A stretch of DNA of 63,111 bases, filler included, from Octopus bimaculoides (GCF_001194135.2; 5 parts of 5 records of this genome joined end to end with filler, not necessarily neighbours in it), one strand, 5' to 3'; positions 1 to 12,170 are shown, counted from the whole stretch's first letter. Numbers and translations: made by a program. Notes: generated from the letters alone by a model not told the origin.

Positions 1-60
1 TGCCACATTTTCTCGCCTCAGACGTCCCTCCAAATTTTTTTAATTTCGTGTTTCACACTC

Positions 61-470
61 AAGGGGGAGCCATTGTAGTGACGTCACATTGGCGCCAAAA
101 GGCCAACGCCATTGCTGAATCCTTAACCACGCATGCGTGGGTTTCAACATCGAAGCGTTCCCGCTATTAGACTGTCTCTTTACCAAGCCAGACAGCGACC
201 AAGCAAGACGTCTAAGCAAGCTCTCCCATTTGAGTGTGGTTGAACCAAGTTGTCTCTATAACGACACCAGCTCGAAGAACCGTACATCTACATTTCAGGC
301 TACTCTAAAACCGGACAATTAGAAGCTGTTTTATTTTCCACCGAACAATAAATATTTGTTGTTGTTGATCAGTTTGGAGTTTCTGCGTTCAGTTCTCTTC
401 CAATTTAATGTAGGAGAGTTATGTGTATATCTAAAGATATATAACCCACTCTCCTAAAAGATCATAGTGA
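61..470 (+). mobile_element. Possible LTR (3' or solo) of an LTR retrotransposon; alternatively a promoter-like segment
   Basis: Purine tract AAGGGGGAG (61-69) just upstream of TGTAG (74); AATAAA at 347-352; hairpin TAGGAGAGT...ACTCTCCTA at 411-456 ending in CTCCTA. No partner LTR or gag/pol is visible in the window. Confidence 0.3.
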
Positions 471-1277
471 CAAATGCAAGTGGGTTGTTGGCTATACAGG
501 CAGCAAGAATTTTATTCCCTGCTGCCACTATTGACTCTACTAAATCACATTGGTCAGCTACACCAAGGGTACTTTGGCCACAAGCAAGCTTATTGAGGTC
601 ACAGATTAGCTAAGTATATGTTTTATTGTAAAATGTGCAACTACTTTGTCAATTGCTTTATATTGTACTAGCAGTATAACCCGACCTTGTCCGGGTGTGC
701 CTTATTACGCCATCTACGATAAGTCTTGCTAGGTGAAAATCAACTAAAAAAGAAAGCCTTATAACGAAAAAACCCTTATGATGTAAATGTGTTCATAATT
801 CAAAAGACGATGAAATTAATAGGGAAAGTCTGAAGGCTGTTTTGCGTAACATTATTAAGCGTACGTAAATTTCATCCGTCTAATTGGCTATAGAAATGCT
901 TGTGCAAAACATCCTTTTGCGCTGCACTGATTATACATAGCAGGGTAATCCATTTTCGCAGGAGCTAGGACGGCAATTTGTGATGAAGCAATTGCTGGCG
1001 ATCTGTTGCTACACAGTTTTGCCAGAATTTTATCAGATTGGGCAGAAGGTGTTGATGCATCATTTTGCATTATGTTCAAAGTAGCTTCTGGAATGTGGTG
1101 AATTGCTGCAGTCTGTTGCTATCATTTTAAACCGATTGCTTTCTTTCCCCAGCAAACTCTCTTCTTTGGAGGCATAATCTATGTATATATTAAACAGAAC
1201 AACAAAAGTTATAATAGATGGCAGGGTCGGTACTTTTCACATATCTGTAATTTTTCAGATTAACACTCGCACAATTA

Positions 1278-1433
1278 CCCAACCCTAATCCTAAACCTAA
1301 CACTAACCTTAACACTAACCCTAACACTAAAACCCTAACCCTGACCCTAAAACTGTAACCGTAACACTAATCCTAACCGTAACCCTAATCCTAAACCCTA
1401 ACCCTGACCCTAAAACCCTAACCCTAACACCCT
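1278..1433 (+). repeat. Degenerate telomere-like (CCCTAA)n array
   Basis: About 25 CCCTAA/CACTAA/CCTAAA/CCGTAA-type units read directly from the sequence. Confidence 0.85.
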
Positions 1434-2195
1434 AGTGAAAATCGTGGTATATTTACAAAACATTGACGAACATGTGTTATATTTTACTGAATGATTGTGT
1501 AATTGCACATGTATGCGTTTGAGAGAGCGAAAGAGGAAGAAGTAGAGAGAGAGGGAGAAAGGAATAGAGGTAGTTAAAAGCTTTCTTATGACAGTTTCTC
1601 TTCACTGCCTATTACTTCATTAGAAATCTACAGATGCACATACGCACATAATAGAGAAAAATGAAACAAATATGGATGACTTGCTCCGAAACACTACCGA
1701 GTGGGGAACACTTCTCAAAAATAATCTGTAGTTGTTTCCTTCAAATTTTCTATATGCTCGAAATGTACATACATCAAGGTATATTTGTAGAAAATTTCAC
1801 GAAAAAATATTCATTTTCCTGGACTTTAAGTGGAATTTTCGAAAATTTTTGTATATTCGGAATCTACATAATAAATAATAAATGCATAGAAAATTTCATT
1901 AAAAAAATATTCATTTTTCTGAAAGTTACGACCTTCCAAAGTTGGGAGGTACAACTCTGTAGTTATGCCACATTGACGAACATGAGTTATATTTTTGTGA
2001 ATGATTGTTTACTTGCACGTGTATGCGTTTGAGAGAGGAAGAGGGGGAGAAAGGAATAGAAAACGGGAGCAATGTGTATGTTGTTGTCACAGATCACGTA
2101 TGTGTAGTTGTGTGTGTTTTTACGTATCAATGTTATGAAAAATAAGTAAAGAATACTGAGAGGAAAGTTTAATCTATGACTTTGTATGTATCACT

Positions 2196-2198
<3 letters not shown>

Positions 2199-2260
<62 letters not shown>
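2199..2260. repeat. (CT)n microsatellite
   Basis: Perfect dinucleotide run. Confidence 0.98.
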
Positions 2261-2264
<4 letters not shown>

Positions 2265-2670
2265 TTTTACTCTTACTCTCTATATTTTTATGTTGAGCGT
2301 GTGTGTAAGAACGGCGTTCCAGGTAGAAGGGAAGAAATATAAAAGTTGCTAGAAACAACAGCCAAATCTCCCTTAAATCACACAAAGTAAACAGAATTTA
2401 AAATATCTAATTACTGCACTGGAAAGTTCACATCGAGAAAATTCCATTGATGTAAACATTTTTACGAAAAAGTGGAAAATGTGGATTTCTATAGATGCAA
2501 CACACACACACTCACAAACTCAGCTATACTATAGTTATAGATTCTCTCCCATCTCTAACTAGCAGTCAGCATTTTCTCTGGCATTAAATATTCATACAAT
2601 AAAATAATAAAGTATGCATTGATGTTTTGTATATATATTAAAATCATTAAAATTTTTAGTATATACTTCT

Positions 2671-2762
2671 AATAAAATATTACAAAATAAAATATTACAA
2701 AATAAAATATTACAAAATAAAATATTACAAAAATAAAAAATTTAACTAAAATATTACAAAAA
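2671..2762. repeat. 15-bp tandem repeat (AATAAAATATTACAA)
   Basis: Four perfect copies at 2671-2730, then a degenerate copy. Confidence 0.9.
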
Positions 2763-3199
2763 TATTTTATTTATGAGTGTATAGCAATAAATTCCCATCT
2801 TTCTAACCCCCTTCCACCACCATTTTTGATTGACACATACATCAATTTTTCTACTCTGGCAACTCATTATGCACCCTCACTTGTCTTTTGTGTATTCCCT
2901 CTTACCACCACATACTTGCATTAGGCATACATGAGTATGTGATTTATATACATGTTGATGCATGCATGTGGGTACAGATATAGATATTAAGCCTTGCTAT
3001 GTACCCACCCTCTCCTCTCTTTTGGTTAATCAGCAACACTAGCCCCTTTCTTCCTTTCCTTGTTAGCACTCAACCTCAAAGACATATAGAACTGAAGAAA
3101 TTGTAATTGACTGACAAAATTAACTATGTACCTGAGCTCTCTGCCAGTTGGCAAGTGTTTGTACAAATCTTCTTTTCAGACACAACAACAGTTTCCCAA

Positions 3200-3627
3200 C
3201 TGTTTTCCTATTCTTTCTTCCAAGTCCTCAATTTCAAAGCCACCACAATCAATGCTGGCATAACAGTCAGTAATATTATTGCCATATTGGAGTAGTGGCA
3301 TGTAAATGTGTGTTGTATGCAAGAGATAAGATGGAGAAAAGCCTCAAATAGATTCCTCATGGGTAAGAAATAGAGATTCAAATTCTTTTGGGAAGACAGC
3401 AGTGTTGGGGTAGGTAGTGTAGGCATACTTTTGGCAGAAAATGGAAAGATAAGGTAATCAAGGTAGTCAGAGTGCATAATAGGATAGTTAAGCAAAGACT
3501 AATCTTAGATAAATCAACAGCTAAATTTACTTCTGCCTTTCCTCTACAATCTAGACAAGCAGATGAACAGAAGGACTAATTTTATGAGATCCTTTTTCAG
3601 ACTACTTCAATGACAAATAACAGAGAC
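3200..3627 (+). pseudogene. RTE LINE apurinic endonuclease (APE) domain relic
   Basis: Translates with stops to VNVCCMQEIRWRKASNRFLMGKK*RFKFFWEDSSVGVGSVGILLA...VIKVVRVHNRIVK...DEQKD*FYE, matching the RTE APE motifs (CxQE.RW, GVGILL, .K..FY). Confidence 0.8.
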
Positions 3628-4770
3628 TTTTATCCCTCTATAACCAAAACTCCATTAATGAAGGCCCTAAATTTTGCAAAAACAATCACTGATGACATTA
3701 ACATGGTTATGCACTCAAGAAAATCACTCCTGTTTTTCAATAATGACATATAGGTTAAGAAAAGCAGAGACAAATTATTCAATGTGCCCGTGGGAGCATT
3801 TGATGGATCCCAAGTGAGTGAAATTAAAAATATATATATTTTAAATTTACTGAGATTAAATTTTTCTGAAATGGAATGTGGTTTATATCATGATGGTGAC
3901 CTGATCTTATTGAGAAATTGCAATGGTGATAAATTATATAGATTTAGGAAAAATTTGATTAAAGTATTTCAGGAAATAAGACTTAATATTACCATTGACA
4001 CAAACCTTATTGTTGTTAATTTTCTTGATGCAATGTTAAGATTTGGATAATGATAGTTTCAGACCATACACAAACCAAATGAGAAGTTAGTAGATACAGT
4101 GACAATTGAATCCCCCACATTGTATATTGAGGAACTTGATTAATATTAGTAAACAGGTACCCTTGTTATCCTTGAATGAAGATACTTTTATGGGTGCAAC
4201 TGTGTATTATAATGAGGCATTTAGAAATAATTGGTTTTTTGATAAGATTACATATGTAAAAAAAACACTGGAAATACACAATGTAAGTAAAGGTACATTT
4301 TATAGTACAACCTAATATTTAATAAGGTATTAAAAAGTAACTATAGCTAGATCACCGTTTTCCACTAGGGCATAAGTATAGAAAAATAGGAACTGTTTTA
4401 AGGTTAGTTATTCAGTTTGAAAGAATTTTAGGTGTTATATTAGAGGATATAATGCTGCAAAGCTGAATAGAAGAGAAATGCAATCAGCTAGCCAACAAAG
4501 ATCATGCAACTGTAGAATTCGTGAGAACTATCCACTAGACAGTAACTGTCTGGCAAAGTTCATGGTATATAGTGCAAAGGTTGAAACAAACTACAGTGAT
4601 GAACTTACAACATATATTGGAGTGACAGAACTCACATGCAAAAGACCATTATTACAAGCATAAGTATTCATTTGTTAATCCTGACAGAAAATGTGCTACA
4701 GCTTTGTTGAAGTTTATATGGTTCTTGCATGAGATAAGTTTTCATAAATTCAAAATTACTGGGTCTTTTG
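3625..4770 (+). pseudogene. Penelope-like element relic (Naiad-type: RT followed by C-terminal GIY-YIG endonuclease)
   Basis: DFYPSITK, MHSRKSLLF, NVPVGAFDGSQVSE, GLYHDGDL, NITIDTNLIVVNFLD, PYTKPN, NPPHCIL, CNCR..YPLDSNCL, VYSAKV, TYIGVTE occur in the correct order, with frameshifts and stops. Confidence 0.85.
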
Positions 4771-5189
4771 AGTATACATATGTGTGTATGTATGCATCTG
4801 CACAGGTGCATGCAAAATGAACATCCACATACACACTCATTGTTTTATAAAACATTAATTACAAACATTAACTAAAAGTTTTACTTAGGAACATTATTTA
4901 ACAGTAAACACAATTTCATGATTTCTTTTTTATGGAGTTTAAGACATTTATAATAATATTACCATGAGAATCAGAAATGAAATCAAAAGTGTGAGCTTGA
5001 AGCAGCTGTTTTTGCACATGTCATCACAAAGGCTTTTAAATGGAAGAAAATAAGGATAGGAATTTTTGTCAAACTTTCATTTAATACTTCAAAAAATATC
5101 CAAACAGTGAATATTCAAAAGAAAACTCAGCTCTGTTTACCAGCTGATGGTCAGAAACTAGCAACTCTGAGTATTGGAAATTGTAGCCT

Positions 5190-6045
5190 TTCTGTTACAA
5201 TGTGATGGTCTTTCTGTTACAGAGTGAAGGACACTGTTGAAGGCTTTCACCAGGTTGACAAGTATAATGTATTTTTTTAAGCAAGATATTTCTCCTGCAG
5301 TTGCTTTACTAAGAAGATGGTACTCCTAGTACTCCTTCCTGGCACAAAACCAAACTAGATCTCTAACAATTTTAGTACCTTTGTAATTTTTTTCTAGGGC
5401 TTTTAATGCTACTACACCAGTTGTTGGGTATGACACCTTCTTGTATAACCTGATTGACTATACAGGTGACTAGATCATATTGTACACCACCAAATTTTTT
5501 AAGCATCTCAGTGGTGACCCCTGATGGACCAGAGGCTTTTCCTTGATTGCTTTATCTATCATACTGCTTTTGATGGCTGGGACTCTGTTGGGTTCACATT
5601 AGGAAGACCTTCTTTCACCCAAGCATTCTCCACATTTAATAGCCTTTCATAGTGGCAGTTCTATGCCCTTTCTTTTCAGTATCACTAACTGTAAGCATAC
5701 CCTTATCGATCTGTATACACTTCTCACCTACAATATTTCTATTCTTGTTTTCTGGGTGTTTGAGATTCTGTAATCTTTTCCAAACTGGTTAGTTTCTCTG
5801 AGTCCTTGTAGTTCTAAATCTGAAGTCACTAACTACTAACTTGTGTTGGTTGTACATCGTTCAACACGGAAAGACTTTGCATTTGTAGTTAATCAGGTAG
5901 CTGGCTAGTTTCCTGAAGTTTAATGTTGCAGACCATCATATCATTTACATCGCAGAAAAACAGTACCCTTATTCCCTTCTCATTTCTAGAGAGAACACTG
6001 TAACCTCCAAACACACCATGGAATCCAGCCACAATAAACACGTTT
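5190..6045 (-). pseudogene. RTE LINE relic (end of APE to start of RT)
   Basis: The minus strand gives GFHGVFGGYSVLSRNEKGIRVLFFCDVND, QHKLVVSDFR, VTTEMLK, NWCSSI and STIFLVKQLQEKYLA. Confidence 0.75.
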
Positions 6046-6519
6046 TTTCTTTTATTTCTACAGTCAATTATACAGTATATCTTACATACATTTCTGCTGC
6101 ATCAACATCTCACAACTGCATCTGCATCCAGTTACTTTCAACCGGTTATTAGTCTATGCAACTTTATTCAATGTCTATCCAATGGCATAGTCTGAAGCAA
6201 ACTGAGTGGCACATGCTTGACAAATTTGAAGGCAAGACTGGCAAATCATTTAGCTTCATTTAAAGCTAGAGAGAAAATGCATAGCACAAGATTAAGTGTG
6301 TTTATTTAACCATAACCCTAACTCTTAAGGATAGAAACACTTACATTAATATAGAACGGGAAATAATAGGCATCACAGAACCTTATGTAATTGGCAGGGA
6401 AAAGATCCAAGAAATATTCCATAATATTTTTAAATACTGGTTGCTAAATAGTAGGCAAGAAGAGGCCCAAAGATATCCACACCTTTGAAAAAGGGTGTTC
6501 AAATACTTCCCTTATCTGG

Positions 6520-8355
6520 TTGTCAATGAGGAAACTAAGGATAGAAGAATGGTTAGTGAGAGCTGTGCGAGCCATGTACAGAGATGCTGTCAGTAAGGTG
6601 AGGGTTGGCAATGAGTACAGTGAAGAATTCCGGGTAGAGGTAGGGGTCCACCAAGGTTCCGTCCTCATCCCCCTCCTATTTATCATAGTCCTCCAGGCGA
6701 TTACAGAGGAATTCAAGACAGGTTTACCCTGGGAGCTCCTCTATGCTGATGACCTTGCACTAATTGCTGAGTCACTATCAGAACTAGAAGAGAAGTTTCA
6801 GGTGTGGAAGCAAGGACTAGAATCGAAGGGCCTTAGAGTCAACCTAGCTAAAACCAAAGTCCTAATAAGTAGGAAGGTAGACAAAACACAATCCCCTTCA
6901 GGTAGATGGCCCTGCTTGATCTGTAGAAAAGGTGTAGGTAGAAACTCTATAGGATGTACGTAGTGCAAGCTATGGACACATAAGAAGTGCAGCAATATCA
7001 AAGGCAGGTTAACTAGGAAGTTAGTTTTTGTATGTGGCAGATGTTCAGGTGCAATAAACACTGAAAATGTGCAGAAAACAACATCTGTCACGTAGTTGAT
7101 AGCTTCCATTATCTGGGTGACCAAGTTAGTAGTGGGGGAGGGTGTGCTGAAAGTGTATCTGCTAGAATAAGAATAGCCTGGGCAAAGTTCAGAGAGCTCT
7201 TACCTTTGCTGGCAACAAAGGGCCTCTCACTCAGAGTAAAAGGCAGACTGTATGACGCATGTGTACTAACAGCCATGTTACATGGCAGTGAAACATGGGC
7301 CATGACTGCTGAGGACATGCGTAAGCTCGCAAGGAATAAAGCCAGTATGCTCCAATGGATGAGTAATGTCAGTGTGCATACCCGACAGAGTGTAAGTATC
7401 TTGAGAGAAAGGTTGAACCTAAAAAGCATCAGTTGTGGTGTGCAAGAGGGATGATTGCGCTGGTATGTGACAAGAATGGATGAGGATAGCTGTGAGAAAA
7501 AGTGCCACACCCTAGTGGTTGGGGGAACCCATGGAAGAGGCAGGCCCAGGATGACCTGGGATATGGTGGTGAAGCACGACCTCCAAACATTAGGCCTCAC
7601 TGAGGCAATGACTTCTGACTGAGACCTTTGGAAATATGCTGTGCATGAAATATGCTTGCCGGGGCAAGCCAAGTGAGACCAAAATCCAAGGCCTCTGCCT
7701 GGGATGTAGCCAGCCCACTTACGCATAACATTCCTTCCTTGGACTCTAAACTCCACTTGTGAAGACCTGTTGAGGTAAATGAAATCGAAACTTAAATTGA
7801 ACTAAATTTGTAGACTGGCACCCATGCCAACGTCACTTCATTCAACACTAAACTCAGCTTGCGAAGACCTGTTGGGGCAAGCGAAGGCAAAATCGTGAAG
7901 GCACCTGTACCAGTAGATCACTAAGAGCACCATCCGAGCGTGATTGTTGCCAGAGCACCAGCTGTCTGGCTTCCATGTCGGGGGTACGTAAATAGCACCA
8001 TTTGAGCGTGATAATTACCAACATCGCCCTCCTGGCACGTGAAAAGACATTCAAGCAAGTTCGTTGACAGTACCACTGGACTGGCTCCTGTGCAGGCGGC
8101 ACGTAAAATACACAATTTCAAGCGTGGCCGTTGCCAGTACCGCCTGACTGGCTTTCATGCCGGTGGCACGTAAAAGCACCCACTACACTCTCGGAGTGGT
8201 TGGCGTTAGGAAGGGCATCCAGCTGTAGAAACTCTGCCAAATCAGATTGGAGCCTGGTGTAGCCATCCAGTTCACCAGTCCTCCGTCAAATCGTCCAACC
8301 CATGCTAGCATAGACAGCGGACGTTAAACGATGATGATGATGATGATGGTGATGA
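6520..8355 (+). mobile_element. 5'-truncated RTE LINE (RT, PHD-like zinc finger, C-terminus, 3' UTR with (GAT)n tail)
   Basis: ORF 6520-6963 has GVHQGSVLIPLLF, WELLYADDL and GLRVNLAKTK. Downstream: FHYLGD, RIAWAKFRELLPLL, LHGSETW, GRPRMTW. The 3' UTR has repeated GGCACGTAAAA motifs and ends in GGACGTTAAACGATGATGATG. A TAG at 6961 and deletions make it non-functional. Confidence 0.92.
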
Positions 8356-8370
8356 TATATATATATATAT

Positions 8371-8554
8371 ATCATCATCATCATCATTTAACGTCCGCTT
8401 TCCATGCTAGCATGGGTTGGACGATTTGACTAGGGACTGGCGAACCAGATGGCTGCACCAGACTCCAATCTGATTTGGCAGAGTTTCTACAGCTGGGTGC
8501 CCTTCCTAACGCCAACCACTCCAAGAGTGTAGTGGGTGCCTTTTACACGCCACT
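8371..8554 (-). mobile_element. RTE 3'-tail copy, inverted relative to 8164-8355
   Basis: Reverse complement of the adjacent RTE tail (TTTAACGTCCGC, CCATGCTAGC, ATTTGGCAGAGTTTCTACAGCTGG, CCTTCCTAACGCCAACCACTCC). Confidence 0.9.
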
Positions 8555-8599
8555 GATATATATAATGTGTATATATATATAATAAAATATAAATGTATC

Positions 8600-8800
8600 A
8601 ACATCATCATCATTTAATATCATTTTCCTTGCTGGTATGGGTTGGATGGTTGGATGGCTTGACAGGAGCTGGCAGGCTCTGATTGTCTTTTGTGGCATGG
8701 TTTCTATGGCTGGATGCCCTTCCTAACATCAACCACTTTATATTGGGTTCTTTTTATGTGACACTAGCACTGGCACTTTATATAAGGTACCAGCAGGGTA
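8600..8800 (-). mobile_element. Older, degenerate RTE 3'-tail copy
   Basis: TCATCATCATTTAA ... TGGATGCCCTTCCTAACATCAACCACTTT matches the same tail family. Confidence 0.7.
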
Positions 8801-9404
8801 CTTTTTAAGTGGCACCAATATAGATGCTTTTTACATGACACAAGCACAGATGCTTTTATATGGTACCAGCGCCTGCAAGCTTACAAGACAAGGACCTCTC
8901 AGCTAAGAGGAATGGAACCAAGAGATTAGAGAAGAACAGAAGTAGCCCTCTTACTGGAGGGGATATTTGGCTTCCTCAGTGGGACAAGGAAGAAGATGAA
9001 GTTAGGAGAGAGTCAGAGAGAGATAGAGGGATAGGTGGAGAGAGAGAGAGAGAGAACATGCTTGCAGGGAACAGTAGGCGTAGTAGTATAAGTAGTACAA
9101 AAGGTATAGATGGGTATGTTCCATAAGAGTATGAGGGGAGATGTTTAGAGACAGCAGAACAAGTGATGTTGAAAGTGAAATGTCTATAGAGATAGCAAGT
9201 GATGATGAGAAGAATTGGAATTGGTTGGGGTAGTGATATGGTAGGTATATAAATGAGGGGTGAGTGTGTGGATAGGTACGTGAAGAAAAGTGACAGGTCC
9301 TGCAGTAGGTGATGAGGGTGTGGGGGAGTTTGACAGAGGACAGAATTATGTGTGTGTGTGTGTGCAAGAGTGGGGGAATGGCTATAAAAAACATGCCAGT
9401 ATGG

Positions 9405-10110
9405 ATGGATGGCCAAGATTTTACTTAACTTGACAGTTCTTCTCAGGAGCAACAAATCGTCAAAAGTCTCAGACACTTGTCATCTTAGGATTGTACTGCA
9501 ACACAAAGAAAACAGAGCTGCAAATATTCAACCACAAAATGCCTGTGCCAGTGAAAGTGAGAGATGGCAAGTCGCTCAAGGTAGTCGAAAATTTCAAATA
9601 CTTTGGTGCTGAAAAAGACATCATAGTAAGGAAAGCTCTTGCCTGGAGCACATACCATAAATTGAGAAAGGTATGGTTTTCAAAGTTAGCAAGGAAATTG
9701 AAAGTGAGGTTGTTTCTGGCAACAGTGGAGTCTGTTCTTCTATACAGGGCTGAAACCCGGATGCTCACTAAAGCATTGAATAAGCAGTTGGACGGTTGTT
9801 ATATGAGGATACTTAGAATGACACTCAATGTCTCCTGGAAGAGTCATACAACAAACGCCGAATACTAAAAGTAACATTGAAGAAACGGCATAGAAGGATG
9901 AGGCTGGCTCGATACTGAAATTGCTAACAAGCTAGTACTCTGGCAACCAACAGAAGGAAGAACTAAGAGAGGAAGGAGGAAGACGACCTATATCGACAAC
10001 CTGCTGGAGGATACTGGTATGGAAGGGGTACAGGAGCTGAGGACCTTTATGAAAGATCGAGGTGAATGGAGAAAACATGTGGAAACAGTCTTGGGGCATT
10101 CTGTGGGATG
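9405..10110 (+). pseudogene. RTE-clade LINE (second subfamily) RT C-terminal relic
   Basis: CNTKKTE, VVENFKYFG, RKALAWSTYHKLRKVW, KVRLFLATVESVLLY.AET, LDGCYMRILR, GRRKTTYIDNL. Confidence 0.85.
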
Positions 10111-10189
10111 ACCTAGATAGACACGTAGATTGTCATCTTCTACATGAAGTCCTTTCTCATTACTTTGTCTCACATCTTCCTAGGTCCAC

Positions 10190-10410
10190 TTCTTCCAGAT
10201 GATGTGTGCAAGAAAGACAATTATGCTTGTATGGACGTGATGCATATGGATGAGGACAGCTGTATAAAGAAGAGTTGATCACTTAATGAGGATGGAATTT
10301 ATGCAAGAGGGAAACCTAGAAACACATTGGATGTAGTGGTAAAGGCTGATCACAGGATCTTGAACTTTATGAAGGAGACAACAAGCAATTGAAATGACTG
10401 CAATTTTTGA
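10190..10410 (+). pseudogene. RTE LINE C-terminal relic
   Basis: ..YGRDAYG / MDEDSCIKK / RGKPRNT.DVVVKADHR, similar to the end of the 6520 element. Confidence 0.65.
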
Positions 10411-11478
10411 AAAGTCCCCATCACCACCACCACCACCACCACCACCAATTCAGCAAACCTTAATTCTGGAAGTGCAGTGTGTGTGTGTGTGTGTAGCTAT
10501 ATATATCTTATGAAATTCATTAGATTACAGCTGTTTCTGTTATAAGATGCAGTGGACTGGCTCCAATGAAACTATAAGGTATTATTCAGATACTCAACTA
10601 TGAGTCCACTATAGCAGAAACAGCTGAAAGCTAATGTAATTCATAAGATAACTGTTTGTTCTTTTGGCATCTCTCTTTCTCATTACCACTCTATACTCAG
10701 CTAACACTTTGTTCTGAAACATATGTATATTGGGTTCTATACCAGGTCTTGCAATGCCTAAGCGATATATATGCACAATTGGGCCCTTTGCACAAATTCT
10801 TCCCAAAACACACCCACCATTCTTTATCTCTGTAACAGCAGTTTTTCCTTGATGCCACATATTTTTCTCATTAACCAGAACCATTTCACTTGATATCCAT
10901 CCCTCATCCTTAATATTGTCCTCTCCACCCACACTTTACATTGCCCTTCCCTTCTCCTTAGCCACCAAATCATCTTACCTTTTTCTGACACCATACATCT
11001 CTCCCCAAGCACAATATGCACCTCTCTCTTTCTCTCTCTCTCACTCCCTATACACATTCTTTACAATCTAACAAACCAGTTGTCATCTCCCTCTTTTTCA
11101 CTTTTTCCTTGTTTACTTTATTATCATTACTATTCTTTTACTCTCCATCCCATTATCATTCATCACATCACCCTTTACCTCCCATTCACTATATCTACTC
11201 CTCAATTTCTACTACTAACACCTACTCTTCCCTACTTATCCATTCAACACTTGTTCTTTCACTCTCCCATACACTCCTGCCATTTCCATTCATCCATACT
11301 TCCATTCTTTCTCCATTCACTTCTGCTCACCTTATAGTTGAGGGTCCACTTATCTCCAACCTGATCACACATCATCCTCTCTTCTAAAATAGAAGTAGCC
11401 ATTTGTCCCTTCAACTGCAAGTACCCTATTCTCTCTGGGCGTCTCTCTCATATTTTATCCCCTCATCTCTTTCTATAA

Positions 11479-11519
<41 letters not shown>

Positions 11520-11716
11520 AGTTCATAATCTTGCAAGCTGCATGTTGGACTCACTAGTACTGGTGTCCTCAAAAAACAAAGCACTTAAAACATGCTGTAA
11601 AGTGGTTGAAATTCCTTGGACACATTGGAACCTGTCAGAATGTCTAACCCAAGTCAGAATGGAACAATGACATTAAATGATATGATGATGGTGGTATGCA
11701 TATAGATATATGTATG

Positions 11717-11747
<31 letters not shown>

Positions 11748-11847
11748 NNNNNNNNNNNNNNNNNNNNNNNNNNNNNNNNNNNNNNNNNNNNTTAATTAAT
11801 TAANNNNNNNNNNNNNNNNNNNNNNNNNNNNNNNNNNNNNNNNNNNN
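11748..11847. other. Assembly gap pad: 44 N + TTAATTAATTAA + 44 N
   Basis: An identical 100-bp construct occurs four times in the window. Confidence 0.95.
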
Positions 11848-12170
11848 CTATCTATCTATCTATCTATCTAAACGTATATATATATATATATACATACATA
11901 CATATATATGTATATATATATTTATTTATTTATTCATGTGTATATATGCATGTACGATGAATGTCTGTATATGTATGTGTATATATCTAATTATCCACCA
12001 TTTAGCTGTCGACCACTTTCACTTTCACACTTTCTTCCTCCCCTCCCATTGCCACTCTCACTCCCACCTCCACTCCTCATCTCACTTTCTCTTTTATCCT
12101 CTCTTCCTCTCCATTAAATTTTCCATCTTTAACCCTTTCTCTCCCTCTGTTTCTCTCTTTTATTTGATAT

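Larger units (their letters stand above)
667..2542 (+). mobile_element. Non-autonomous Helitron/Helentron-associated (HINE/DINE-1-like) element
   Basis: 5' end ACTAGCAGTATAACCCGACCTTGTCCGGG with a short CCCG/CGGG inverted repeat; internal duplications (1460-1570 vs 1970-2060); (CA)n then TATAGAT at the 3' end. Family assignment is by resemblance to known HINE termini. Confidence 0.55.

Noticed and set aside
137-322. 61-aa ORF at the window start
   Set aside because: No homology recognised, and it lies within the putative LTR/promoter segment.
4478-4663. Possible selenoprotein-type Naiad (UGA at conserved Cys positions)
   Set aside because: The Cys positions in the CNCR...NCL linker are TGC/TGT codons, not TGA.
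8860-9400. Purine-rich ORFs (and the pyrimidine-rich mirror at 10850-11500)
   Set aside because: Low-complexity strand-skewed sequence with no domain motifs.
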